Origin: Candidatus Nomurabacteria bacterium
Lineage (GTDB): Bacteria; Patescibacteriota; Minisyncoccia; Phycocordibacterales; UBA2100
DNA length: 37,581 nucleotides
Assembly (NCBI GenBank): GCA_943359705.1
Contig: CALRIB010000001.1
Location: forward strand, 1-37,581
Direction of reading: 5' to 3'
Position numbers and translations under genes: made by a program. Within the stretch, counting starts at the first letter, position 1. Every line of letters begins with the position of its first letter. Positions 15,956 through 25,766 of this stretch are shown one piece after another. A model generated the notes under the pieces. It was not told where the DNA came from and ran no database searches. It saw nothing but the letters and a program-made list of their open reading frames with translations.

Positions 15956-18319
15956 ATGACAAAATCTATCGCCACGCGAGTGGCACGTTCGAAGGGTCTC
16001 GGAGAAACGGCAAACGTCGGAGGGGATTCGGCCTTTCGCGTCTATAAAAAATATTTACCGCAGATTCAGAAACGATCGGGCGCCATCGTCCCGTTCGAAT
16101 TTTCAAAAATCGTGAGTGCCATCGAGAAATCGATGAAAGCCTCCAACGAGGGCTCGGCTGACGAGGCGGCAGTCGTCGGACACAAGGTCGCAGGCGAGAT
16201 GATGCGCATCGCCAAGACCTACAAAAACTTCCTCCCCACCGTCGAAGGCTGCCAGGACGAGGTCGAGCGCCAGCTCATCCTCTCCGACTACGTGGCGACC
16301 GCAAAAGCCTACATTTTGTACCGCGCGGAGCGGGCAAAAATCCGCAAAGAGCAGGGCGAAGTGCCTGAGCACGTCAAAAAGCTCACCGAAGAGAGCAAGA
16401 AATATTTCAAGAACAATCCGCTCGGTGAATTCGTCTACCTCCGCACCTACGCGCGCTGGATAGAGAGCGAGCAGCGCCGTGAGACGTGGATTGAGACAGT
16501 CGACCGCTACATCAATTTCATGAAAGAGAATCTCGGAGAAAAGATGACGAAGCGCGAGTACGCCGAAATTCGCGAGGCCATTCTCAAGCAAGAAGTCATG
16601 CCTTCGATGCGCGCGATGCAGTTTGCGGGCGCGCCGGCAAAAAAGTGCAACACCTGTTTTTACAACTGCTCGTTCACCGCACCCGTGAAGCTCGAAGACT
16701 TCGCCGAGATTATGTACCTCTCCATGCAGGGATGCGGCGTGGGATACGCGGTGGAGAGCCAAAACATCCAGCAACTGCCGCAAATAGGCAAGCAGACGGG
16801 CGACAAACTCACGACACACATTGTGCAGGACACCAAAGAAGGTTGGTGCGACGCGCTCACGCTCGGACTCAAGACCTGGTACGCGGGCAAGGACATCGAA
16901 TTCGATTTCTCCATGATCCGCCCCGCTGGCGCACGCCTGAAGACGATGGGAGGCAAAGCATCCGGCCCCGAGCCGCTTCGTTCGCTTCTCGCTTTTGCCC
17001 GCGAGCGCATTTTGCGTCGCCAGGGTAGGCGCCTGCGCAACATCGACGCGCACGACATCATCTGCAAAATAGGTGAGTGCGTAGTCGCCGGAGGAGTGCG
17101 CCGCACGGCCATGATCTCGCTCTCCGACCTCGACGACGTCGAGATCCGTGACGCCAAGAAAGGTCAATTCTTTCTCACCGACCCGTACCGCTCCGTGGCC
17201 AACAACTCCGCCGTATATGAGGTCAAGCCGACCAACGCCGAACTGATGGACGAGTGGGTGGCTCTCATGAAAAGCGGCACCGGCGAGCGCGGTATCTTTA
17301 ACCGCGGAAGCCTTGAGAAGACGATGCCTGAGCGCCGCCAAAAATTGCTCCAGAAGAAGTACGGCAAGAAAACCAATTTCATCGGCCAGGTGGGCACCAA
17401 CCCCTGCGGCGAAATCATTCTGCAATCCAAACAATTTTGCAATCTCTCCGAGGTGATTGCCCGCGCTGACGACACCGAGAAAACGCTGCTCCGCAAAGCG
17501 AAGCTAGCCACGCTTCTCGGCACCTACCAGTCCACGCTCACCAAATTCAACTACATCTCAAAAGAGTGGACCGACAACTGCGAACAGGAGCGCCTGCTCG
17601 GCGTATCCATCACCGGTCAGTGGGACTCTCCCGCAGTACGTGAACCGAAGACGATGCGCAAAATGCGCGCGGTCGCCATCAAGACCAACGCGGATTACGC
17701 CAAGCGCTTTGGTGTACCGGTCTCGAGTTCCATCACCTGCGTGAAGCCTTCGGGCACCGTCTCGCAGACCTTCGACTGCTCATCCGGTATTCACCCGCGC
17801 CACTCCCAGTACTACATCCGCCGTGTCCGCATTTCCGCTACCGACTCGCTCTACAAAATGATGCGCGACCAGGGCGTGCAGGCGCATCCGGAAGTGGGGC
17901 AGAACCCGGACGAGGCCACGACCTTCGTCTTGGAGTTCCCGGTCAAAGCTCCGGCCGGCTCGGTCTTCAAGAACGACCTCACTGCCATCGAGCAGCTTGA
18001 ATACTGGAAGCGCGTCAAATTGAATTTCACCGAACACAATCCTTCAGCCACCATCTCGGTCGGGGAAGAGGAGTGGGTGCAGTGCGTGGCCTGGATCTCC
18101 GACAACTGGGACATCATCGGCGGTCTCTCCTTCCTTCCGCGCGAAAATCATGTCTACCGCTTGGCACCGTACGAGGCTATCGACAAAAAGACGTACGAAA
18201 CCCTCGCCGCAAAGTTCCCGGTCATCGACTACTCCAAGCTCGTCATCTACGAGCGCACCGACGAGACCGAACAGAAAAAGGAACTAGCATGTGCCGGAGG
18301 TACGTGCGAAATAGTTTAG
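15956..18319 (+). CDS. nrdJ: Class II adenosylcobalamin-dependent ribonucleotide reductase (monomeric RTPR type) with an N-terminal ATP-cone
   Basis: ATP-cone IQKRSGAIVPFEFSKIVSAI...VEGCQDEVE; RTYARW, YNCSF, GGKASGPEPL, GGVRRTA, TNPCGEI, TCVKPSGT, C-terminal ACAGGTCEI. No beta subunit is adjacent. Confidence 0.93.
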   Translation: MTKSIATRVARSKGLGETANVGGDSAFRVYKKYLPQIQKRSGAIVPFEFSKIVSAIEKSMKASNEGSADEAAVVGHKVAGEMMRIAKTYKNFLPTVEGCQDEVERQLILSDYVATAKAYILYRAERAKIRKEQGEVPEHVKKLTEESKKYFKNNPLGEFVYLRTYARWIESEQRRETWIETVDRYINFMKENLGEKMTKREYAEIREAILKQEVMPSMRAMQFAGAPAKKCNTCFYNCSFTAPVKLEDFAEIMYLSMQGCGVGYAVESQNIQQLPQIGKQTGDKLTTHIVQDTKEGWCDALTLGLKTWYAGKDIEFDFSMIRPAGARLKTMGGKASGPEPLRSLLAFARERILRRQGRRLRNIDAHDIICKIGECVVAGGVRRTAMISLSDLDDVEIRDAKKGQFFLTDPYRSVANNSAVYEVKPTNAELMDEWVALMKSGTGERGIFNRGSLEKTMPERRQKLLQKKYGKKTNFIGQVGTNPCGEIILQSKQFCNLSEVIARADDTEKTLLRKAKLATLLGTYQSTLTKFNYISKEWTDNCEQERLLGVSITGQWDSPAVREPKTMRKMRAVAIKTNADYAKRFGVPVSSSITCVKPSGTVSQTFDCSSGIHPRHSQYYIRRVRISATDSLYKMMRDQGVQAHPEVGQNPDEATTFVLEFPVKAPAGSVFKNDLTAIEQLEYWKRVKLNFTEHNPSATISVGEEEWVQCVAWISDNWDIIGGLSFLPRENHVYRLAPYEAIDKKTYETLAAKFPVIDYSKLVIYERTDETEQKKELACAGGTCEIV

Positions 18320-18327
18320 TCTGAATA

Positions 18328-18364
18328 CAAATAAAAAAGCCCCGGTCCGGGGCTTTTTTATTTG
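18328..18364. terminator. Bidirectional intrinsic terminator
   Basis: CAAATAAAAAAGCCCCGG-T-CCGGGGCTTTTTTATTTG between convergent genes. Confidence 0.9.
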
Positions 18365-18371
18365 GCGCGCA

Positions 18372-18680
18372 TCACTCCTTAAAATATCGATCAAGAAAAT
18401 CTTGCAAGGCGAGTGGTGTTCCTGCCGCCGCAATGGCCTGTTCATTTACCGTGTCAGCAAACAGCTGTGCGAATTCGGCAGATGCGGCGCTTATCGCAAT
18501 GCGCGCGGTGTTCTCGTCTTTCAAAAGTTCCGGATTATTAGTTTGGAGATGTTGTAAAGCTGCGGAGGTAACCAGTTTCGTAATTTGTTCGAATGTCGGC
18601 TTCAGCTGCTCCGAAATTTGTTCTTGTTTCAGCTCTTGGCGCGAGCGAAATTTACTAACGTTTCCGATTTCATCAATCAT
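18372..18680 (-). CDS. Hypothetical protein
   Basis: 102-aa ORF between the flavoprotein gene and the terminator. Confidence 0.6.
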   Translation of the reverse strand: MIDEIGNVSKFRSRQELKQEQISEQLKPTFEQITKLVTSAALQHLQTNNPELLKDENTARIAISAASAEFAQLFADTVNEQAIAAAGTPLALQDFLDRYFKE

Positions 18681-18716
18681 ACGGAAATGCTACGGTAAAT
18701 AACATATTTAGCAAAC

Positions 18717-19976
18717 TTAGGCAGCTGCGGCTGTTCCCGCCACGAATCCCGTGGTCCAGCAGATCTGGAGGCTGTAGCCACCTGACGGTCGGTCGATGTT
18801 GAGCAGGTCGCCGACAATGTACAGATTTGAGTATTTGAGCGAGCGCATTGTTTTGAAATCAATTTCTTCGAGTGAGACACCGCCGGAGGTAATGATTGCC
18901 TTATCGAGTCCAAGCAGTCCTTTCACTTCGAGCTTGAGCGCTTTCAAGAGTTTCGCGAGCCGGATACGCTCTTCGCGCTTTATGCTGTTGCAGGATGTTT
19001 CCGGTTTTATATCAGCAAGTTCTAAAAGAATAGGGACCAATGCGGGTGGCACAAGCCCGGTCAAACTGTTGCGTATCATTTTCTTGTCGTTCGCTTTAAA
19101 AATCTCTTGCAAACGTGCGTTCACTTTTTCTGGGCCTTCAGTGGAAAGAAGATCGAGCTCGATAACCACCTCACCGTATTTTAAAAGTTCTCCGATATCG
19201 CGACTAGCGTTCAAAATCCCAGGACCGGAGAGCCCGACATGAGTGAAAAGAATTTTTCCGATCCGCGAATCCTGCTTCGCGCCATTTTGATACAGAGTGA
19301 TTTTCACATTTTGCATACTTACGCCAGCTGCGCGTTTGACCCACGAGTCTTTAACTGCGACCGGCACGAGAGCACCTTCTGTGTCTGAGACCGTGTGACC
19401 GAGTTTCTTCAAGAACGCGAATCCGTCGCCGGTCGAACCGGTCTCGGGGCGTGAGATGCCGCCGGTGGCAAAGATAAATGATTTGGCTCGGATTTCCTTT
19501 TTGTTTTTCAAAATGACCTTCTCAATCACGTTGCCGTTCGCAACAACATCCACAACAGGGGAGTTGGAAAGAATCGTGACGCTGCCTGCTTTCAGGTATT
19601 CAACCAGTACGTCCCAGACAGATTGAGCTGTGTTGGAGGCGGGGAAAACCCGCTTCTCAGCCTCTTCTTTAGTGAGCATCGCGCGTGAGTGAAAGAATTC
19701 GAGCGTATTTTCTACGTTCCATTGCGCGAACGGAGAGGCAAGGAATTTCCCGCCGTCTTTGAATTTGGCGAGCAACTTCCTATTGTCCGGCTCGTTGTTG
19801 GTCACGTTGCACCGCCCGCCTCCGGTGATGAGAAGTTTTTTACCAAGTCCTGCGTTCTTTTCTATCAAAACGACTTTCGCTCCAAGTTCTGCTGCTCGTC
19901 CTGCCGCCATCATACCGGCGGGTCCGCCACCGATCACGGCAACGTCCCAAACTATATTTGCATCCAAATTCTTCAT
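18717..19976 (-). CDS. HI0933/BaiN-family NAD(P)/FAD-dependent flavoprotein
   Basis: IGGGPAGMMAA, GKKLLITGGGRCNVTN, TGSTGDG, LFTHVGLSGP, ITSGGV, SGGYSLQ. Confidence 0.95.
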   Translation of the reverse strand: MKNLDANIVWDVAVIGGGPAGMMAAGRAAELGAKVVLIEKNAGLGKKLLITGGGRCNVTNNEPDNRKLLAKFKDGGKFLASPFAQWNVENTLEFFHSRAMLTKEEAEKRVFPASNTAQSVWDVLVEYLKAGSVTILSNSPVVDVVANGNVIEKVILKNKKEIRAKSFIFATGGISRPETGSTGDGFAFLKKLGHTVSDTEGALVPVAVKDSWVKRAAGVSMQNVKITLYQNGAKQDSRIGKILFTHVGLSGPGILNASRDIGELLKYGEVVIELDLLSTEGPEKVNARLQEIFKANDKKMIRNSLTGLVPPALVPILLELADIKPETSCNSIKREERIRLAKLLKALKLEVKGLLGLDKAIITSGGVSLEEIDFKTMRSLKYSNLYIVGDLLNIDRPSGGYSLQICWTTGFVAGTAAAA

Positions 19977-20060
19977 TGCGGGCATAGTAGCACTAGTAAT
20001 AAATGAAAGGCCCGACAAGTGATTGGTAGGCTCGGGCCCCTCATCATTTCTTGTCGGGCG

Positions 20061-20525
20061 TTATGCGTTACGCTCCTCGAGGCTGCGCAGGTAAATCCAG
20101 ATTACCAGGTCGGTTAGCGCGCGGAGTCGCAAGCGCGCACCGTCGCGAGTCATGACGACGTTGAGCGTGTCTCGCCATACTTTCTTCGGCTCTTTGCACT
20201 CACCGGTATACGCGAAGGTTTTTCGGTTCACGTCCAGCGTCTGGTGAGCCACGCAGGGAAGGATGATTTTCTGCGGTTGGTGCCCCTTGGTCTTAGCGGG
20301 CACCATGACGGCAATCAGCAGCGAGGCTGTGACCTTAAGCCGTCCGTCCTTTTGGCCGCATGCCTCGACGAGTCCGATATCGGCCTTCGCCTGGATGCAT
20401 TGCAGGTTGTGCTGACGGAGATAGGTGAGGATGCGCTGCGCATCCTCATAGATGTCGATCTTAGTAGCGTGAGCTGGAATGCAGGCAAAAGCCCACACCA
20501 GCGCGCACAGAACGTACTTCATCAT
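20061..20525 (-). CDS. Hypothetical secreted protein
   Basis: MMKYVLCALVWAFACIPAHA signal peptide with a GAGGTG SD upstream; four Cys in the mature part. The longer ORF would overlap rnpB. Confidence 0.65.
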   Translation of the reverse strand: MMKYVLCALVWAFACIPAHATKIDIYEDAQRILTYLRQHNLQCIQAKADIGLVEACGQKDGRLKVTASLLIAVMVPAKTKGHQPQKIILPCVAHQTLDVNRKTFAYTGECKEPKKVWRDTLNVVMTRDGARLRLRALTDLVIWIYLRSLEERNA

Positions 20526-20603
20526 GTTGGCACCTCGTGCTTCGTGATCAACTAGGTAGATTATCCAACATTTGTAGCAGTAATGCAAGTGTGGTAAAGT
20601 ACA

Positions 20604-20989
20604 CATCTGCGCTAGGCAGTCGCGGTGGGTCGCAAGACTCACTGAGGAAAGTCCGGACACGCCCCGGCACTTTCTAGAATCTGTAGTTCGGGTTTTAGAA
20701 AGTGCCGGGAGAACGGTAGCGGGTAACGCCCGCCTGGGTAATCCAAGGGATGAGAACAGAGACGCTCAAGCCGAGAGGCGAGAGCCCCGCAAGGGTGAAC
20801 TTCATGGAAACATGAAGGTGCAACGGCACAATTCCTACCCGCGTGCAAGGTCGTGCTCGAGCGTGCCGCCCTGAGGTTGATAGGTTCGAACTCACAGCGG
20901 CATGATCGAGAGAACCGCTTGAGGTAGTTGGCAACAACTATCCTAGATAAATGACCGCCCTCGACAGAATCCGGCTCATGGTGCAGATG
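20604..20989 (+). ncRNA. rnpB: RNase P RNA
   Basis: Universal GAGGAAAGTCCGG and ACAGAATCCGGCT (P4), CTAGATAAATGAC, GTGCAAG, P1 CATCTGC/GCAGATG; followed by a terminator. Confidence 0.96.
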
Positions 20990-21015
20990 AAAAAGGACCC
21001 GAAAGGGTCCTTTTT
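20990..21015 (+). terminator. Intrinsic terminator after rnpB
   Basis: AAAAAGGACCC-GAAA-GGGTCCTTTTT. Confidence 0.9.
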
Positions 21016-21039
21016 CTCATGTGATATACTCGAAAAAAT

Positions 21040-23355
21040 ATGAAGTATCTTGCGCGTGCGGAGAACATTGCATGGTGGTCAGTGCTCCTCACAGTGTTTC
21101 TTCTCCCTTGGTTCTTCATTCCGAACAACTGGATGACGATCGGCGCCTCCAAGATGCTGCTTGTCGTCTCTCTCGTCACGGTCGCAACGCTCTCCTCCGT
21201 TCTTGCGAGTCTCAATCAATGGACGCTGCGGATTCCCAAAAGCTCTCTGCTTCTTGCGGCGGCTCTGGTGCCGCTCGCATACCTGGTCTCGGCTCTCGCG
21301 ACAGGCGTATCACGCGAGTCGCTCATCGGCAGTGCCGAGCAGGACACATTCGGAGTCGTCGCACTTTTATACGCGCTTTTTTTTGTGTCCGCCAACGCGC
21401 TCGCTTCAACGACGGGGCGGGTCGTGCTCGCACTTCGCGCGCTTCTGCTTGGAGGCGGTGTGTTACTCGTTATCCAGGTATTGCATCTTCTTGTGCCGTC
21501 GCTCACGTTAGGCGGCGCTTTGGTGGGCAATACTGCGAGCGTCATCGGCACATGGCATGACTTCGCCATCGGCGCCGGATTTCTTTTCTTCCTTTCTCTT
21601 GCACTTTTGCCGACGCGCATCGGCGAGGGGCGTTTTCGCGCGGTGCTTTGCACTATTGCCGGCGTATCGTTCGTGATGCTCGTCATCGCGAATTCCTCCG
21701 ATGTGTGGGTCGCACTTGCGGCTCTCGCGCTTTTTTATGCCGCGTATCTGTGGCACGTCTCGCGGAAGGCAGTATCGGCACATGGCGAACATCGCCGCCG
21801 TACGCTGATGTGGCTTGCGCTTGCACTCGTCGCAGGCGGCTTGTACTTTGTCGCTCCGGCGATTCAGGGTGCTTTGCCCGAGCAGCTTCGCGTCTCGCAA
21901 CTTGAAGTACGCCCTTCGTGGAAAGGTACCTTCGCGGTCGGCGCGCAAGTCTTCTCGCGACCCGGCAGCGTGTTCTTCGGCTCCGGTCCCAACACCTTCC
22001 CGCGTCAGTGGGGCTTGTATAAACCCGTTTCGGTCAATCAAACTCAGTTTTGGAATACGGATTTCTATTCGGGTGTAGGCCTCATCCCGACGTCCGTTGT
22101 GACCGTCGGCATTCTCGGGCTCATCGCGTGGGGTGCGGTGTTGCTTGCCCTCGTGGCCGCGGTGCGTCGCACCTTTATGGCCGAGGCGCAGCACGCCGGT
22201 GCGAAGGCTATGCGAGCGGCAGTCTGCGGCGGGGCGTGCTACCTCACGACGCTTTCGGTTCTGTATGTCCCGGGGCCTGCACTCTCGGCGCTTACCTTCC
22301 TGATGTTCGCGTTCCTCGTGGCTGACGAACTCTTGTCGCGAACGGTCAAAGACATGGTGTTCTCACTCTCGCTCGCAACCTGGAAAGGACGATTGTACAG
22401 CGTGCTCTTGTGCATCTTTGCGTTCGCGATACTTGTGATCGGCGTACAGACGCTGCGCGCAGTGCTCTCCGACTCTCTCGTCAACCGTGCAGCCGCGCTC
22501 TATAGCTCTTCGCAAGACCTCTCAGCCGCTTCGACGTATATCTCCGAGGCGCTCGCGATTGAGCCGCGTAACGACCGTGCGCACCGGGCTGCCGTAGAGC
22601 TCGGCATGGTACAGCTCAAGAAATTGGCTGCGGCCAACGACCCGAGTGACGCCGCGCGTCAGCAATTGCAACAAACGCTCGCGCGCACCATCGATCACGG
22701 CCTAACGGCGATTACGATTGAGAGCCGCAACTACCAGAACTGGCTCGAACTGGCGTATTTGTACGGGCAGCTCGCGGGTGTCGGCGTGGAGGGAGCGGAT
22801 GCGAGCGCGCGCAGTGCCTATGCAGAAGTACAAAAAAATAATCCCACGACTCCCTTGCCGGCGCTCGGCCTCGCGCAGCTCGACCTCCTGCAACACAACG
22901 ACAAAGCTGCGAGTGACCACTTGAAAGCGGCGCTCGCGCTGAAGCCTGATCTTCCCGCGGCCTACTACCTTCTTTCGCAAATTGAAGCGCGCGCACAAAA
23001 CCTTCCGGCAGCCGCCAAGGATGCGACGCAGGCCGCTCAGCTCTCTCCGCAAGACCCGCTTGGCTGGTACAACCTCGGCACCGTGTTGTATGCGCAGCAG
23101 GATTGGCAGAACGCGTCTCTTGCGCTCGAGCGTGCCGTCGGACTCCAAAGCAATTACGCCAATGCGCTTTTCCTGCTCGGCCTCTCGTACTACAAGCTCG
23201 GCCGAAGCGCGGACGCGCTCCGCGAATTTGAAGCGGTTGCGGTACTGAATACGTCCGATGCGTCGCTCGCCAACATCGTCTCGCACATGAGGGAGGGCAA
23301 AGATCCGTTTGCTACCGAACCGGCCCCCGCACCGCAGCTGACTCCTGCGAAGTAG
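21040..23355 (+). CDS. O-antigen ligase-like polytopic membrane protein with C-terminal TPR repeats
   Basis: About a dozen hydrophobic helices, FGSGPNTF loop motif, TPR-like repeats (AYYLLSQIE, GWYNLGTVLY, YANALFLLGLSYY). Confidence 0.82.
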   Translation: MKYLARAENIAWWSVLLTVFLLPWFFIPNNWMTIGASKMLLVVSLVTVATLSSVLASLNQWTLRIPKSSLLLAAALVPLAYLVSALATGVSRESLIGSAEQDTFGVVALLYALFFVSANALASTTGRVVLALRALLLGGGVLLVIQVLHLLVPSLTLGGALVGNTASVIGTWHDFAIGAGFLFFLSLALLPTRIGEGRFRAVLCTIAGVSFVMLVIANSSDVWVALAALALFYAAYLWHVSRKAVSAHGEHRRRTLMWLALALVAGGLYFVAPAIQGALPEQLRVSQLEVRPSWKGTFAVGAQVFSRPGSVFFGSGPNTFPRQWGLYKPVSVNQTQFWNTDFYSGVGLIPTSVVTVGILGLIAWGAVLLALVAAVRRTFMAEAQHAGAKAMRAAVCGGACYLTTLSVLYVPGPALSALTFLMFAFLVADELLSRTVKDMVFSLSLATWKGRLYSVLLCIFAFAILVIGVQTLRAVLSDSLVNRAAALYSSSQDLSAASTYISEALAIEPRNDRAHRAAVELGMVQLKKLAAANDPSDAARQQLQQTLARTIDHGLTAITIESRNYQNWLELAYLYGQLAGVGVEGADASARSAYAEVQKNNPTTPLPALGLAQLDLLQHNDKAASDHLKAALALKPDLPAAYYLLSQIEARAQNLPAAAKDATQAAQLSPQDPLGWYNLGTVLYAQQDWQNASLALERAVGLQSNYANALFLLGLSYYKLGRSADALREFEAVAVLNTSDASLANIVSHMREGKDPFATEPAPAPQLTPAK

Positions 23356-23360
23356 CGCCT

Positions 23361-25058
23361 ATGCTACGCGGCGCGCTCCGATTTCTCTCGTCCGAAGTCA
23401 GAGGACTCCAGGCGGCAGTCTATATCTTGGCGCTCTCGGCGCTTCTCTCGTCAATCCTCGCGCTCGCGCGCGACAGGCTTTTTGCGTCCCATTTCGGGGC
23501 AGGCGCCGAACTCGATATCTACTATGCCGCGTTCCGGATTCCCGACCTGATTTTCGTGGCGACCGGGGCACTGGTCTCGGTGTACGTCCTTATTCCGGAA
23601 CTTGCGCGAAGGGGAGAGCGCGAGCAGAAATCCTACATCGACACTATTCTGCTTGGGTTCTCTCTGTTCGCGGTCGTTGTCTCGGGCGTCGCCGCGCTGT
23701 TTGCGCCGCACGTCCTTGCGCTCCTCTTTCCGCGATTTGCCGCCGAAGGGCAACTTGTGCAAGTGACGGCACTTACGCGCATTATGTTGCTGCAGCCGAT
23801 ACTGCTCGGTATCTCCAACATTCTCGCCGCCATCACGCAGACGAAGCATCGATATGCCCTGTATTCCGTTTCTCCGCTTTTGTACAACGCCGGTATCATA
23901 CTCGGCCTCCTCGTGCTTTATCCGGTGCTCGGACTTCCGGGGCTGGCATGGGGAGTTGTCTTCGGTGCCGCTCTGCACGCCGGTGTGCAGTTGCCGTCAA
24001 TTGTGCGTGACGGGTTCCTGATACACTTTCCGCGCCTGCGGGAGCCGCGCGCGCTATTCTCCACCGCACTTGTTTCTATTCCGCGCGCGCTCACGCTTTC
24101 GATGAACCAGGTTATTTTCTTGGGGCTGACCTCGCTGGCCTCAGGACTCGCCACGGGCTCAATCGCCGTTTTTATGTTTGCGTATAATCTTCAGGCGGTA
24201 CCGCTCTCCATTATCGGCGCGTCCTACTCGGTCGCGGCGTTCCCGACGCTCGCAGCGGCACTCAGCCGCGGAGAGCGTGCCGAATTCGTGGCGCACATCG
24301 TAACCGCCGCGCGGTACGTCCTCTTTTGGTCGCTACCTGCATCCGCCCTTATTCTCGTGCTTCGCGCACACATGGTGCGTGTCGTGCTCGGCGCAGGACA
24401 GTTCGACTGGACCGACACGCGCCTTACGGCGGCAGCCTTCGCGCTGATGGCACTTTCGCTTGCCGCACAAGGTCTGATGCTACTCTTGGCCCGCGGCTAC
24501 TACGCCGCCGGACGCACCTTCGTGCCGTTCTTCGTCGCGCTTGCGAGTGCATTCGGCACGATTGCACTTGCTCGCGTGTTACTCGAATCCTTCAAAGATC
24601 CCTCGGTACTTTTCTATGTGCAATCCATGTTGCGCCTTGAGGACGTGCCCGGAAGCACCTTGCTTGCGCTTCCGCTCGCATTCGCAATCGTCTCAATAAT
24701 CGGCCTCGTCGCGCTTTCGCTGCATTTCGAGCGTCGTTTCGGCGGCTTTTACGCCGGTATTCGGGAGACGCTCTGGCAAAGTGCTACCGCGGCGCTCGCC
24801 GGAGGCACTGCTACCTACATACTGCTTGCCCTCGTCGGACCGCTCACATTCGCCTCGGCGCTGTTTACGGTCTTTTTGCGCGGAAGTCTGGCCGGCATTG
24901 CGGGGCTCGCGGCCACGGTACTTGTCTACGCACTTCTTGGAAATCGGGAATTGGGAGAGACCTTTGCCGGCATCCATGCGCGTCTGTGGCGAACAAAACT
25001 CGCGCCCGGCGACGCCGCCCTTTCAGCCGAGGAAATGAGCGCCACAAGCCCCCAGTAA
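23361..25058 (+). CDS. murJ: Lipid II flippase MurJ (MviN)
   Basis: LARDRLFASHFGAGAELDIYYAAFRIPD, SPLLYN, LAWGVVFGA, AAFPTL, RGYYA. Confidence 0.92.
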   Translation: MLRGALRFLSSEVRGLQAAVYILALSALLSSILALARDRLFASHFGAGAELDIYYAAFRIPDLIFVATGALVSVYVLIPELARRGEREQKSYIDTILLGFSLFAVVVSGVAALFAPHVLALLFPRFAAEGQLVQVTALTRIMLLQPILLGISNILAAITQTKHRYALYSVSPLLYNAGIILGLLVLYPVLGLPGLAWGVVFGAALHAGVQLPSIVRDGFLIHFPRLREPRALFSTALVSIPRALTLSMNQVIFLGLTSLASGLATGSIAVFMFAYNLQAVPLSIIGASYSVAAFPTLAAALSRGERAEFVAHIVTAARYVLFWSLPASALILVLRAHMVRVVLGAGQFDWTDTRLTAAAFALMALSLAAQGLMLLLARGYYAAGRTFVPFFVALASAFGTIALARVLLESFKDPSVLFYVQSMLRLEDVPGSTLLALPLAFAIVSIIGLVALSLHFERRFGGFYAGIRETLWQSATAALAGGTATYILLALVGPLTFASALFTVFLRGSLAGIAGLAATVLVYALLGNRELGETFAGIHARLWRTKLAPGDAALSAEEMSATSPQ

Positions 25059-25141
25059 TATCTCAGAGGTTCGGTGCTAAAATCGACGCGGGGGAATTTT
25101 TTGACAAACTGCGGTCTGCACCAGAAATTTTTTTATTGGTA

Positions 25142-25178
25142 ATATTCCCATTCGTAAGCTATCGTCATCAAGTGGGAA
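25142..25178. repeat. Downstream copy of the 37-bp repeat with TTCCCA-N22-TGGGAA dyad
   Basis: 29/37 identical to 25765-25801 with an identical 13-bp core TAAGCTATCGTCA; ends 6 bp beyond the stop codon. Confidence 0.85.
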
Positions 25179-25184
25179 TACTGA

Positions 25185-25766
25185 TTACTGTAGTTTGAAA
25201 TGCTTCTTGATCCACGAGTCGTTTTCAATGCTATCTACGATGACGTAAAGTGCGTCTTTTCCGATGCGAAGCTCGGCCTTGATGAGCGCGATCAACTCCT
25301 CGCAATCGTACGGTGAGAGCCAGACACTCTTCTGTATCCCGAGGAAGCCGCATTCGCGCATAAGTCGGCGCAGGCGTTCGCGCACGCCTCGCCGCAGTTC
25401 AGGTATGTCGAAAATGACCATGCGGTACCGTTTGTCCCAGCGTCGATTCATCCCCGCAAATCGGACCGCTTTTGCCTCCTCGAGTGCGAGTGCACGCTTT
25501 CCAGCCTCCGTTATCTCGACGTATTTCTTCCCATCTCGGCTCGCAAATCGTATGTGTCCTTTGACCGCCAGACGACCAATTGCGGTTTTTGTCTGGAACG
25601 CGAGTTTATACCGTTGCTTGCCCATGATGTGTGGAAGAACTTGAAAGACGTTGGGTGCGATCATGGCGACTGCAAGTATTCCGGCGGTGCCGATAACGCC
25701 GAGAACTGTTTGCCGGACATAGTGCGTACGTCTTCGTTTTCTGGAATATTCTTCCATCCTCGCCAT
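25185..25766 (-). CDS. PaaX-like transcriptional regulator (winged helix plus Cas2-like central domain)
   Basis: Wing motif YVEITEAGK, then WDKRYRMVIFDIPE...RERLRRLMRECGFLGIQKSVWLSPYD, typical of the PaaX central/Cas2-like domain. Confidence 0.85.
   Translation of the reverse strand: MARMEEYSRKRRRTHYVRQTVLGVIGTAGILAVAMIAPNVFQVLPHIMGKQRYKLAFQTKTAIGRLAVKGHIRFASRDGKKYVEITEAGKRALALEEAKAVRFAGMNRRWDKRYRMVIFDIPELRRGVRERLRRLMRECGFLGIQKSVWLSPYDCEELIALIKAELRIGKDALYVIVDSIENDSWIKKHFKLQ

Noticed and set aside
16103..17434. 443-aa minus-strand ORF and similar long antisense ORFs over groEL, rnj, lepA and lemA
   Set aside because: Shadow ORFs expected from GC-rich codon bias opposite conserved genes; no motifs.
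20639..20937. Minus-strand ORFs 20639..20848 and 20695..20937
   Set aside because: They are antisense to the RNase P RNA and have no protein features.
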